Shown here: piece by piece, positions 9,863 to 17,271 of the stretch | Layout: each line of letters begins with the position of its first letter | How positions within the stretch are numbered: the first letter of the stretch is position 1 | IMG/VR virus record: IMGVR_UViG_3300025635_000106 | Location: 1-31,542 of that record | DNA from: a virus | Lineage: Duplodnaviria; Caudoviricetes | Reading direction: 5' to 3' (one strand) | DNA length: 31,542 bases | Position numbers and translations under genes: made by a program | Notes under the pieces: generated by a model | What the model was told of the DNA's origin: nothing | Databases searched by the model: none | Seen by the model: the letters and a program-made list of their open reading frames with translations, nothing else

Positions 9863-10237
9863 ATGTCTAATATACCTACACCAGAAGACGCACAACTCTT
9901 TGCACAAAGTGTCAGAAAATGGCAGCAAATTTTGAGTTTGGGTGATTGGCGAATTGAGAAGGGTAGCAAGCCAGCTAAAGAAGCTATGGCTTCTGTGGAG
10001 TTTAATCAGACAGCTAGATTGGCTACCTACCGACTTGGTGACTTTGGTGCTGAAAAGATAACACCAGATTCACTAGATAGAACGGCACTACACGAGTTAC
10101 TTCATATATTTCTATATGACTTGCTGTGTGTAGCTACAGACCCTAAGTCTTCTGATGAGGAGATAGAGATGCAAGAGCATAGAGTTATCAATTTGCTAGA
10201 GCAACTATTGTCTAAGGATTCCAATGGGCAGTCATAA
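9863..10237 (+). CDS. HEXXH metallopeptidase-like protein
   Basis: TALHELLH motif with downstream EH. Confidence 0.55.
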   Translation: MSNIPTPEDAQLFAQSVRKWQQILSLGDWRIEKGSKPAKEAMASVEFNQTARLATYRLGDFGAEKITPDSLDRTALHELLHIFLYDLLCVATDPKSSDEEIEMQEHRVINLLEQLLSKDSNGQS

Positions 10238-11210
10238 TGAAACTTGTACGGATATGGAGTTCATCCAGTTATGGGGTCAACTTCAGTCTGCCACAAAAAT
10301 AGCTGAACATCTTGGAATACACAACAGGGCAGTTCATCTACGCAGAAGGTATATTGAAAAAAAATACAACATGGTGCTTAGTGCAAGTGACCATCGTGGT
10401 GATTTGTACAACAAAAACAAACCCAAGTCATTCTCTCCTTTAAAGCAAGTAGAACTAGGCATACTGGACGGAACAGTTATTGTGTTCTCAGATGCTCACT
10501 TCATTCCTAGTCAGCGTACAACAGCGTTTAAAGGGCTTCTATGGGCTATCCAAGAGTTCAAGCCCAAAGCTATTATTTGCAATGGGGATGCGTTTGATGG
10601 TGCTTCTATATCCAGACATGATGTAACTGACCAGCCCCAGACTTCTGTTATCCAAGAACTAAAGGCTTGTCAGGGTGCGTTGGGTGAGATTGAGGAAACC
10701 GCTAAAGCAGCAAGACACAATGTAAAGCTAGTGTTTACATGGGGAAATCACGACATTAGGTTTGGCAATCGTTTAGCCCAACACGCACCACAATTTAAGG
10801 ATGTTGTCGGGTTTAAGTTGACAGACCATATCCCAGATTGGGACTTCTGCTGGGCAGTATGGCCTACAGACAGCGTAATTGTTAAGCATCGTTACAAAGG
10901 TGGTGTTCACGCTACTCACAACAATACTGTAAACGCTGGTGTGTCCATCGTTACTGGACACTTGCACTCTTTAAAAGTTACTCCATTTTCTGACTACAAC
11001 GGATGTAGATACGGAGTAGATACAGGGACGCTTGCTGAGACTGATGGCCCACAGTTTACTTATGCTGAAATAAACCCAAGTAACCACAGGTCAGGCTTTG
11101 CTATTCTGAATTTCTTTAACGGACAGCTATTAACACCTGAGTTAGTCCAGAAGTTTGACGAAGACCAGATTCAGTTCAGGGGCGAAGTCATTGATGTAGG
11201 TGCATTTTGA
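10224..11210 (+). CDS. Calcineurin-like metallophosphoesterase with N-terminal HTH-like segment
   Basis: SDAH, GDAFD, GNHD and GHLH motifs. Confidence 0.85.
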   Translation: MGSHNETCTDMEFIQLWGQLQSATKIAEHLGIHNRAVHLRRRYIEKKYNMVLSASDHRGDLYNKNKPKSFSPLKQVELGILDGTVIVFSDAHFIPSQRTTAFKGLLWAIQEFKPKAIICNGDAFDGASISRHDVTDQPQTSVIQELKACQGALGEIEETAKAARHNVKLVFTWGNHDIRFGNRLAQHAPQFKDVVGFKLTDHIPDWDFCWAVWPTDSVIVKHRYKGGVHATHNNTVNAGVSIVTGHLHSLKVTPFSDYNGCRYGVDTGTLAETDGPQFTYAEINPSNHRSGFAILNFFNGQLLTPELVQKFDEDQIQFRGEVIDVGAF

Positions 11211-11350
11211 GTGCATGGCTAATCATTCTGACAGGGGCAATTTACGCCTATATTGCTGCTGAACAACTGTTCAAAGGCAACCCAAGCATGGCGGTGGTGT
11301 ACGCAGGTTATGCGTTTTCAAACGTGGGTTTGTACTTATTGGCTAAGTAG
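11207..11350 (+). CDS. 47-aa two-TM membrane protein (not in ORF track)
   Basis: TTG start overlaps upstream stop; MSAWLIILTGAIYAYIAAEQLFKGNPSMAVVYAGYAFSNVGLYLLAK. Confidence 0.55.
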   Translation: MSAWLIILTGAIYAYIAAEQLFKGNPSMAVVYAGYAFSNVGLYLLAK

Positions 11351-11651
11351 TATCTCTTTGGAAGACTCCGTTAGGCAATAGTATGCCTCCCCGATTCTTA
11401 ATCTGGTCATATGCTATTTCCATACATTTTACTAAGTTTATGTCTTGCAGTACACAGTAGTTAATAAGACAGACCATGACATCACCAACAGAATCAACAA
11501 TAGCGTCCTCGTCATTTTTAATCGTGGCATCTGCTAGTTCTCCCATCTCCGACATTGCTTTGAGAAGCTGAACTTCTGGGCTGCTGTTAGGAATAATTTT
11601 TCTGGCTTCTGACCATTGAATTATCTTCATCTCTATATTTGCGTATGACAT
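11343..11651 (-). CDS. mazG: MazG-like nucleoside triphosphate pyrophosphohydrolase
   Basis: QLLKAMSEMGELAD...DSVGDVMV...AYDQIKNR; likely start ATG 11651. Confidence 0.85.
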   Translation of the reverse strand: MSYANIEMKIIQWSEARKIIPNSSPEVQLLKAMSEMGELADATIKNDEDAIVDSVGDVMVCLINYCVLQDINLVKCMEIAYDQIKNRGGILLPNGVFQRDTT

Positions 11652-11653
11652 AA

Positions 11654-12034
11654 CTATCCTTTCGAGTTTGCAAATTCGTACCACATAACATAAAAGTCTT
11701 TGAGAAAATCAAGACCCTCACCAATTTTTACGCACTTACCCAAAATGACTTGGAACACATCTCCAACTTCAGTTTGTTCGTTGTCTGTGTTACCGATAAT
11801 GACTAACACAGTAAACTTAGGAACTTGAGCAAAAGCCTTTAGTAGCAATTGCTGACCAGTAGCCATATTCTCATTAGGTTTCTTCCACTCTCCGATTAGG
11901 AAATGTCCCTTTCTCTCGCAAATCATGTCTATATTGCTAGGCAAGAAATGCGTATTTTCGGGAATCAACCCTTGGAAATCACGGAAGTCAGTATGGGTTG
12001 CATACTGATTTCTCATAGTGGTGAGGGTACTCAT
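11654..12034 (-). CDS. Hypothetical protein, possible PD-(D/E)XK fold
   Basis: SNIDMICER...LIGEWK pattern. Confidence 0.5.
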   Translation of the reverse strand: MSTLTTMRNQYATHTDFRDFQGLIPENTHFLPSNIDMICERKGHFLIGEWKKPNENMATGQQLLLKAFAQVPKFTVLVIIGNTDNEQTEVGDVFQVILGKCVKIGEGLDFLKDFYVMWYEFANSKG

Positions 12035-12082
12035 TGCTCGTCTGCAAGCCGAAAAAGCCTTTGCACAACTTTCCCCTCGTAA

Positions 12083-12334
12083 TCAGAACGGAACGTCCGA
12101 ATCATCAAACTCAGCCTTTTTAGGCTTTGTTGGCTTGTTTAAAGAAGCATCAGCGTTTTTATTCTTGATGGACAGGGACATGAACTTAGCCCCATCCTTG
12201 CTGACCTTTAGCCAAGCAGATAGCCAATATTCTACGCCATCTACATTTAAGCTGCCTTTGTAATCAGGAAACTTAGCATCGTCTTTGCGGTCATTCTTAA
12301 AGAGTGAGCCTCGGTTTGTATTATCGTATTCCAT
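12083..12334 (-). CDS. Small single-stranded DNA-binding protein (DUF736-like)
   Basis: GSLFKN...PDYKG...LSAW; acidic tail DDSDVPF; follows ERF gene. Confidence 0.75.
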   Translation of the reverse strand: MEYDNTNRGSLFKNDRKDDAKFPDYKGSLNVDGVEYWLSAWLKVSKDGAKFMSLSIKNKNADASLNKPTKPKKAEFDDSDVPF

Positions 12335-12336
12335 AT

Positions 12337-12945
12337 TTATCCTTTAGCGTTCTTTAACGCACTTCTTACTTTACTAGGAAGCAAAGTCCATAGAGCAACT
12401 TTCTGTTCGCTATCTAAGTTCTCTGCTTCCAACTTCACCCAAGCACTCTTAGGTTCTTCTTTATCACAGAGAGCAATTAACTCCATTGCTAACTCTCTGA
12501 GATAATTCTGTTCATCCTCTGGGATGGTATCCATTGCACCCTGAGTAGGCGTGATGATTATTTTTTCTTCCTTGATGGGTGCAGAGGAATCCAGAGCGTC
12601 ATGCTCAACAATCTCCATTGCTGTGACCCATAGGTAACGTCTGGTGTATGTCTCGACTGCACCAAGGTTCTGAATGGGATGGCAACCTTTAAGGTTAGCA
12701 TCTGCCATTGGTGATGTGATGATGATGTTAGTGCCATCGTCTGTGTCTGTGATGGTCAGGCTTGCTATCTCTGTATCGTATGACACTACACCACACAGAC
12801 CGACTTCATTAAAGATTTGGTTAATCGTGGGGATAAAGTCACCAAGTTCAAAGTAACTGTAGCCAGCAAACTTGTTGTGACCAGACTTCTTTAAGGGTGC
12901 GTTTTGCAACATGATTCGTGCTGCCATTAACTTCTTGTGTACCAT
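12337..12945 (-). CDS. erf: ERF superfamily single-strand annealing protein
   Basis: KKSGHNKFAGYSYFEL; IQNLGAVETYTRRYL motif. Confidence 0.85.
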   Translation of the reverse strand: MVHKKLMAARIMLQNAPLKKSGHNKFAGYSYFELGDFIPTINQIFNEVGLCGVVSYDTEIASLTITDTDDGTNIIITSPMADANLKGCHPIQNLGAVETYTRRYLWVTAMEIVEHDALDSSAPIKEEKIIITPTQGAMDTIPEDEQNYLRELAMELIALCDKEEPKSAWVKLEAENLDSEQKVALWTLLPSKVRSALKNAKG

Positions 12946-12946
12946 T

Positions 12947-13123
12947 TCATTTTCCTTTATTTAAATATTCTTCAATCATTGCTTCTTTGTCATCATCGTA
13001 TAAATCCTCAAAAGGTACGAAGTGATTTTCTCCACAGCATGAGCCAGATGTTTTAGGCTCAGTACAGTAGCAGCAGTAGTCACCATGCGATAAATCCTTG
13101 ATTGCGTCTTGTCTTGTAATCAT
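12947..13123 (-). CDS. Small Cys-rich (zinc-binding) protein
   Basis: YCCYC...SCCGENHF; start ATG 13123 overlaps upstream stop. Confidence 0.6.
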   Translation of the reverse strand: MITRQDAIKDLSHGDYCCYCTEPKTSGSCCGENHFVPFEDLYDDDKEAMIEEYLNKGK

Positions 13124-13275
13124 TGGATTCTTTCGATAGGCTTTGCTACAAGCCACTTGTCACCCAACTGGCGTACTGACTTCACCCATTGCTTTTGGTA
13201 GCTTCTAATGACTGCTGGAGGGGCATCGTAGGTGCGGAATATCTTACGGACATGGGTTAGGTAGTGTGTGTTCAT
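13120..13275 (-). CDS. 51-aa hypothetical protein (not in ORF track)
   Basis: MNTHYLTHVRKIFRTYDAPPAVIRSYQKQWVKSVRQLGDKWLVAKPIERIQ; start and stop overlap both neighbours. Confidence 0.6.
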   Translation of the reverse strand: MNTHYLTHVRKIFRTYDAPPAVIRSYQKQWVKSVRQLGDKWLVAKPIERIQ

Positions 13276-13367
13276 TAGCCTCTCCATGCAAGTAGTACAC
13301 CGATACCGCCAAAGATAACGATGGCTAACACATACTCAACTAGCGTCTGAATAATCTTACTTTTCAT
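13275..13367 (-). CDS. 30-aa membrane peptide, first gene of leftward operon
   Basis: MKSKIIQTLVEYVLAIVIFGGIGVLLAWRG; SD TAAGGA. Confidence 0.6.
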   Translation of the reverse strand: MKSKIIQTLVEYVLAIVIFGGIGVLLAWRG

Positions 13368-13494
13368 TTTGATTTCCTTAAAAATACCCACTTACGTTTT
13401 GTTGTGGGCTGACGTGAGTATAGCAAAGTAAACAGACTATTGTCTAGGTGCTTTCCCTAAGTCAACATTTTGTTGATTTTGCTATACTTTAGAG
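13368..13494. promoter_or_regulatory. Divergent early promoter region
   Basis: Extended -10 TGCTATACT on both strands (minus 13425-13417, plus 13480-13488); palindrome TCAACATTTTGTTGA at 13462-13476. Confidence 0.7.
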
Positions 13495-13647
13495 ATGGAC
13501 AAACAAACTGCTATCACACTTGCTGGCTCACAGAGTGAGCTTGCTAGAATCCTCGGCATAACTAGGGCTGCTGTCTTTTTATGGAAGAAAGTTCCTCAGT
13601 TACGCATTTATCAACTAAAAGAACTCAAACCAGAGTGGTTCAAATGA
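13495..13647 (+). CDS. cro: Cro-like HTH regulator (not in ORF track)
   Basis: MDKQTAITLAGSQSELARILGITRAAVFLWKKVPQLRIYQLKELKPEWFK; first gene of rightward operon. Confidence 0.85.
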   Translation: MDKQTAITLAGSQSELARILGITRAAVFLWKKVPQLRIYQLKELKPEWFK

Positions 13648-14012
13648 CACAAGAAGCAGTTATCCGATGCCTACAAAACGGCCCACTTACATCCTACCAA
13701 CTAGAGGATTTAACAGGCATACCAAGACTATCTATTGCAGCTTGTTGCACAAAGATGAGTTACAAGAAGAAATTAAAAATTGGAAAAATTAAGATGGGAC
13801 GTTCTTGGGTTTCTCAGTACACGTTAGAGCCACACATGATTGAGGCTGAAAAGGCTGCCAATGATGAGCCTTACGACAAGCTAAATCCTTTTGACATTCG
13901 CAATGCCAAGGGTATCTTTAGCAAAGCTGAATATGCTTCTATGAATTCCCAAGCTAAAAGATTGCTTGGTAAATCGTTTTCAGAAGATATTACAAACAAC
14001 CAGTTTATTTGA
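13644..14012 (+). CDS. Winged-HTH-like hypothetical protein
   Basis: Start ATG 13644 overlaps cro stop; LQNGPLTSYQLEDLTG HTH-like segment. Confidence 0.55.
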   Translation: MTQEAVIRCLQNGPLTSYQLEDLTGIPRLSIAACCTKMSYKKKLKIGKIKMGRSWVSQYTLEPHMIEAEKAANDEPYDKLNPFDIRNAKGIFSKAEYASMNSQAKRLLGKSFSEDITNNQFI

Positions 14013-14023
14013 TACAATGTTTT

Positions 14024-14090
14024 GAAACACGGCTAGGTACGAAGTCATGAGCGTACTGAAAAGAGAAGTCTCCCCTCCTGCCGCAGTTTC
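14024..14090 (+). ncRNA. Candidate structured leader RNA (three-way junction) upstream of replication gene
   Basis: Outer stem GAAAC-a-CGGC/GCCG-ca-GTTTC; inner GGTACG/CGTACT and GAG-aagt-CTC; extended -10 TGATACAAT at 14010-14018. Confidence 0.45.
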
Positions 14091-14121
14091 TTTCTAGGGA
14101 GAATTGGAACATGAGACTACT

Positions 14122-14889
14122 ATGCACTACTACAAGTTCAATATTGCCGACTATCGGAAAGACACAGGGCATCTTTCTACAATAGAACACGGCATTTACC
14201 GCCAGTTGATTGATTGGTATTACCTTGATGAACAACCCATACCAGAAGAAACCCAAGTGGTTATCAGGCGGTTACGTTTGGGTTCTGATGAGGTTAAATT
14301 TCTTCAAAATGTTCTGTCAGATTTCTTTGTTTTGGGCAAAACAGGATACACACACAAGCGCATTGAAGTAGAGATTAAAGACTACTCTGAACAAGCAGAG
14401 AAAAACAAGAACAATGGGAAGCTAGGTGGTAGGCCAAAGAAAACCCACTCGGTTACTTCTGGGTTGCCAGATGAAAGCCAAAATAACCCTAACCATAAAC
14501 CATTAACCATTAACCATAAACCATTAGAGAAGAAGATACTCGGCAAACGCCTCGCTTCTGATTTTAGTTTTCCAAAAGAATGGGAAGAATTCTGTCAAAC
14601 AGAACGCCCAGAACTTAGCCCTGTTAAAACCTTTGACCAGTTTAAAGATTACTGGATAGCCCAAGCAGGTCAGAAGGGTGTGAAACTGGATTGGTTTGCT
14701 ACTTGGCGTAATTGGGTGAGAAGCACTAACGCGCCAAAGCAAAACCCTGCCGACATTGTGAGGCTCACAGTTCCGAGCAAAAATGAGCCTGACCCTGCTT
14801 TAGAAAAGATTAAAGCTGATGCTTTGAAGGCTGCGCCTATTCCGCTAGAAGTCTTGGCAAAGATGGCTGAGTTGCGGAGAAAAGCATGA
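14122..14889 (+). CDS. Replication initiator, DUF1376/YdaU-like
   Basis: MHYYKFNIADYRKDTGHLS...EHGIYRQLIDWYY; NGKLGGRPK; C-terminal KLDWFATWRNW. Confidence 0.8.
   Translation: MHYYKFNIADYRKDTGHLSTIEHGIYRQLIDWYYLDEQPIPEETQVVIRRLRLGSDEVKFLQNVLSDFFVLGKTGYTHKRIEVEIKDYSEQAEKNKNNGKLGGRPKKTHSVTSGLPDESQNNPNHKPLTINHKPLEKKILGKRLASDFSFPKEWEEFCQTERPELSPVKTFDQFKDYWIAQAGQKGVKLDWFATWRNWVRSTNAPKQNPADIVRLTVPSKNEPDPALEKIKADALKAAPIPLEVLAKMAELRRKA
14490..14524 (+). repeat. Five tandem 7-mers (WAACCAT) inside the initiator gene
   Basis: TAACCAT AAACCAT TAACCAT TAACCAT AAACCAT. Confidence 0.85.
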
Positions 14890-15119
14890 AAGACTTGTTT
14901 GGTGACGAAGAATTTAATTGGGAGAAGGAGTGGGTTGGTATGCCTGAGTTTATTCAAGATGACCTGACTGAGATACACAGCATTACTGTCCACTTCCTGA
15001 CAACAGAAGACATGATTAAGTTTTCTGAGTTGATTGGCAGAAACATCACATTCACAACCAAGAGCGTTTTGTTTCCTGTAACCCAGACAGAAAAAAAGGT
15101 GTGGGTAGATGAATCCTAA
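14886..15119 (+). CDS. Small acidic protein, glycosyltransferase partner candidate
   Basis: EWVGMPEF motif; overlaps both neighbours. Confidence 0.6.
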   Translation: MKDLFGDEEFNWEKEWVGMPEFIQDDLTEIHSITVHFLTTEDMIKFSELIGRNITFTTKSVLFPVTQTEKKVWVDES

Positions 15120-15966
15120 ACACCCTGTTTACATTGTCTCCAAAGGCAGATGGGAATCTCGTCTGACGAGCAAAGCATTTGAAGAAATGAAAGTTCCGTA
15201 CTTTATCGTTGTTGAGCAACAAGAATACGACAACTATGCGTCAGTTATTGCGCCAGAGAAAATCCTAGTTCTTGATAAACAATATCTGCGTGATTACGAT
15301 ACTTGCGACAACTTGGGAAACACTCTGGGAGTTGGGCCTGGCGCAGCAAGGAACTTCTGCTGGCAGCACTCAATCTCTATCGGTGCATCTTGGCATTGGG
15401 TGCTGGACGACAACATTGATGGCTTCTGTCGCTTAAACCGCAACGAGCGTCACAAGGTTACTTCTGGGACTATCTTTCGCATTGCAGAGGACTTTGTTGA
15501 GCGTTACGAGAATGTCTCTCAGGCAGGGTTTGAGTATCGTTTCTTTGCTGGTGGCAGCAGACGCAAAAAGCCTCCGTTTCGACTTAACACTAGGATTTAC
15601 TCTTGCATCTTGAACAGGAACGATGTTCCTTATCGCTGGAGAGGTAGATACAACGAAGACACAGACCTTTCGCTGCGGATGCTCAAAGATGGCTGGTGTA
15701 CTGTTTTGTTTCAATGCTTCTTGCAAAACAAAGCTGCTACACAAACTGTCAAAGGCGGTAACACAGCAGAGTTTTACGAAAAAGAGGGAACACTTCCTAA
15801 ATCACAGATGCTGGTTGACTTGCACCCAGATGTGTCAAGACTTGCGTTTCGCTATGGCAGACACCATCACCATGTTGATTACAGCAGTTACCAAAAGAAT
15901 CAACTGGTACGCAAAGAAGGAATATTTCCAGAAGGCGTAAACAATTATGGGATGAAACTTGCATGA
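15109..15966 (+). CDS. GT-A glycosyltransferase, TET-associated/GREB1-like type
   Basis: PVYIVSKGR, GPGAARN, HWVLDDNI, RIYSCIL, YNEDTDLSLR, KGGNT. Confidence 0.75.
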   Translation: MNPKHPVYIVSKGRWESRLTSKAFEEMKVPYFIVVEQQEYDNYASVIAPEKILVLDKQYLRDYDTCDNLGNTLGVGPGAARNFCWQHSISIGASWHWVLDDNIDGFCRLNRNERHKVTSGTIFRIAEDFVERYENVSQAGFEYRFFAGGSRRKKPPFRLNTRIYSCILNRNDVPYRWRGRYNEDTDLSLRMLKDGWCTVLFQCFLQNKAATQTVKGGNTAEFYEKEGTLPKSQMLVDLHPDVSRLAFRYGRHHHHVDYSSYQKNQLVRKEGIFPEGVNNYGMKLA

Positions 15967-16181
15967 ATTTTCAATGGGATTTAGATGACTCCAGCCGAAT
16001 CAGAACACTTCAGAAACTGCGAAGCCCAAGAGTGGATACGCAGGTTCAACAAAAAGAAATTGACGATTGGCTCAAGCAAAGCGTTGCTCTGGTGGCAGGG
16101 AGTGTGCGTGGACTTGGAACGAATCAGAGGCGCATCCGCTACTTTGGATTTGAGAAACCGCATGACGAGGCTACGAAATGA
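15963..16181 (+). CDS. Hypothetical protein (frame A of dual-coded segment)
   Basis: ATGA overlaps at both ends. Confidence 0.35.
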   Translation: MNFQWDLDDSSRIRTLQKLRSPRVDTQVQQKEIDDWLKQSVALVAGSVRGLGTNQRRIRYFGFEKPHDEATK

Positions 16182-16200
16182 GGAGAGCAGCAAGAGTTGA
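15985..16200 (+). CDS. Hypothetical phage protein (frame B of dual-coded segment)
   Basis: EHFRNCEAQEW...ERIRG...LRNRM resembles small proteins that follow phage replication genes. Confidence 0.5.
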   Translation: MTPAESEHFRNCEAQEWIRRFNKKKLTIGSSKALLWWQGVCVDLERIRGASATLDLRNRMTRLRNEESSKS

Positions 16201-16444
16201 TGCTAACCAAGACCAGATAGTTTCTGCCTTGCGTGGTGCTGGCGCATACGTCTGGATTATTGGCTTACCAGTTGACTTGCTGGTTGGCTACAAGGGTCAC
16301 ACCTTTCTGGTGGAGATTAAAACGGACTCTAAAAAGCGTTTAACGAAGCTACAAGCCGACTTTTTCGAGAATTGGTCAGGTAGTACCTTGGCAAGAATAG
16401 ATTGCCCAGAAGCTGCTCTACGGATGATTGGAGTAGTCAAGTGA
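16178..16444 (+). CDS. VRR-NUC/PD-(D/E)XK nuclease (resolvase-like)
   Basis: ARVDANQ...PVDLLVGYKGHTFLVEIK...LTKLQ. Confidence 0.75.
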   Translation: MRRAARVDANQDQIVSALRGAGAYVWIIGLPVDLLVGYKGHTFLVEIKTDSKKRLTKLQADFFENWSGSTLARIDCPEAALRMIGVVK

Positions 16445-16773
16445 AAGCACCTTACAAGGCCATCGAATACATCATTGAAAATTCATGCAAATATGCGGAA
16501 GCTAAAGCACAAAGAATCTACCTTGAGGAGTTCCGCAAAACCAAGAAGGCTCTACTGATGAAGGATGCAATGGCTAGAGGGATAGATTCTGCCGTGGCTC
16601 AAGAGCGTGAAGCCTATGCTCACATTGAGTATGCTGATTTGCTCAAAGGACTGATGATTGCCATTGAGAAAGAAGAAACCTTAAAGTGGATGCTGACTGC
16701 TGCCCAGATGAAGGCAGATATATGGCGGTCTGAGCAAGCAAGTGAGCGTCTTGGCGTAAAAACCACAGAGTAG
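16441..16773 (+). CDS. Helical hypothetical protein
   Basis: GTG 16441 overlaps upstream stop; coiled-coil, AQEREAYA motif. Confidence 0.6.
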   Translation: MKAPYKAIEYIIENSCKYAEAKAQRIYLEEFRKTKKALLMKDAMARGIDSAVAQEREAYAHIEYADLLKGLMIAIEKEETLKWMLTAAQMKADIWRSEQASERLGVKTTE

Positions 16774-16870
16774 GGAAAATACTTAGATATATTTTTCAAC
16801 AAAGCGTTGAGAAAACTATACACTTACGTCAGCCCAAGCAATTCGCAAGGGTACTTTTAAGGACTACAAA
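16771..16870 (+). promoter_or_regulatory. Internal promoter/leader, second copy of the leftward early promoter element
   Basis: TAGGGAAA..AC.TAGA; TCAAC-N5-GTTGA at 16796-16810; -10 TACACT at 16819-16824; ACGTCAGCCCA; TTTTAAGGA SD. Confidence 0.65.
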
Positions 16871-17122
16871 ATGAAATACGAATTTGACACAACAACTGGT
16901 GAAGGTTCTGTAATCGTTACTGTCGTAATGGAATACGAGCGTGACGAAGAAGGAACTTACAACGAGAACATTGATGAAGTCTGGTTTGAAGGACGTAACG
17001 TCATGGGCATCTTTACTGATGCACAGTTTAAAGAATTAGAGATTGAGGGCTGTATGCGTCTTTCTAAGCACATCTTGGAGGAAGCTGACCATGCAAAAAT
17101 CATGGCTTACGAGGCTGAGTAA
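16871..17122 (+). CDS. Acidic hypothetical protein
   Basis: Strong SD TAAGGA; 83 aa. Confidence 0.65.
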   Translation: MKYEFDTTTGEGSVIVTVVMEYERDEEGTYNENIDEVWFEGRNVMGIFTDAQFKELEIEGCMRLSKHILEEADHAKIMAYEAE

Positions 17123-17207
17123 ACAGGCGGTTTGGCGACTAATTCTTATTTCACTAGCTGCCTTTTGGTGGCTGGTGGTTTATTTCATAGGGGTTTGGTA
17201 TGACTGA
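17091..17207 (+). CDS. 38-aa membrane peptide (not in ORF track)
   Basis: GGAGG upstream; MQKSWLTRLSKQAVWRLILISLAAFWWLVVYFIGVWYD. Confidence 0.45.
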   Translation: MQKSWLTRLSKQAVWRLILISLAAFWWLVVYFIGVWYD

Positions 17208-17271
17208 AAAAACTTGTCCTCCTTGTCATGGAAACTGTAACCAAGGCAGAAACTGCCCTGCGAGGAAATAA
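17200..17271 (+). CDS. 23-aa Cys-rich peptide (not in ORF track)
   Basis: MTEKTCPPCHGNCNQGRNCPARK; TAATG overlap with next gene. Confidence 0.5.
   Translation: MTEKTCPPCHGNCNQGRNCPARK

Noticed and set aside
14490-14524. CRISPR array or telomere-like repeat
   Set aside because: Only 35 bp, no spacers, inside a coding region
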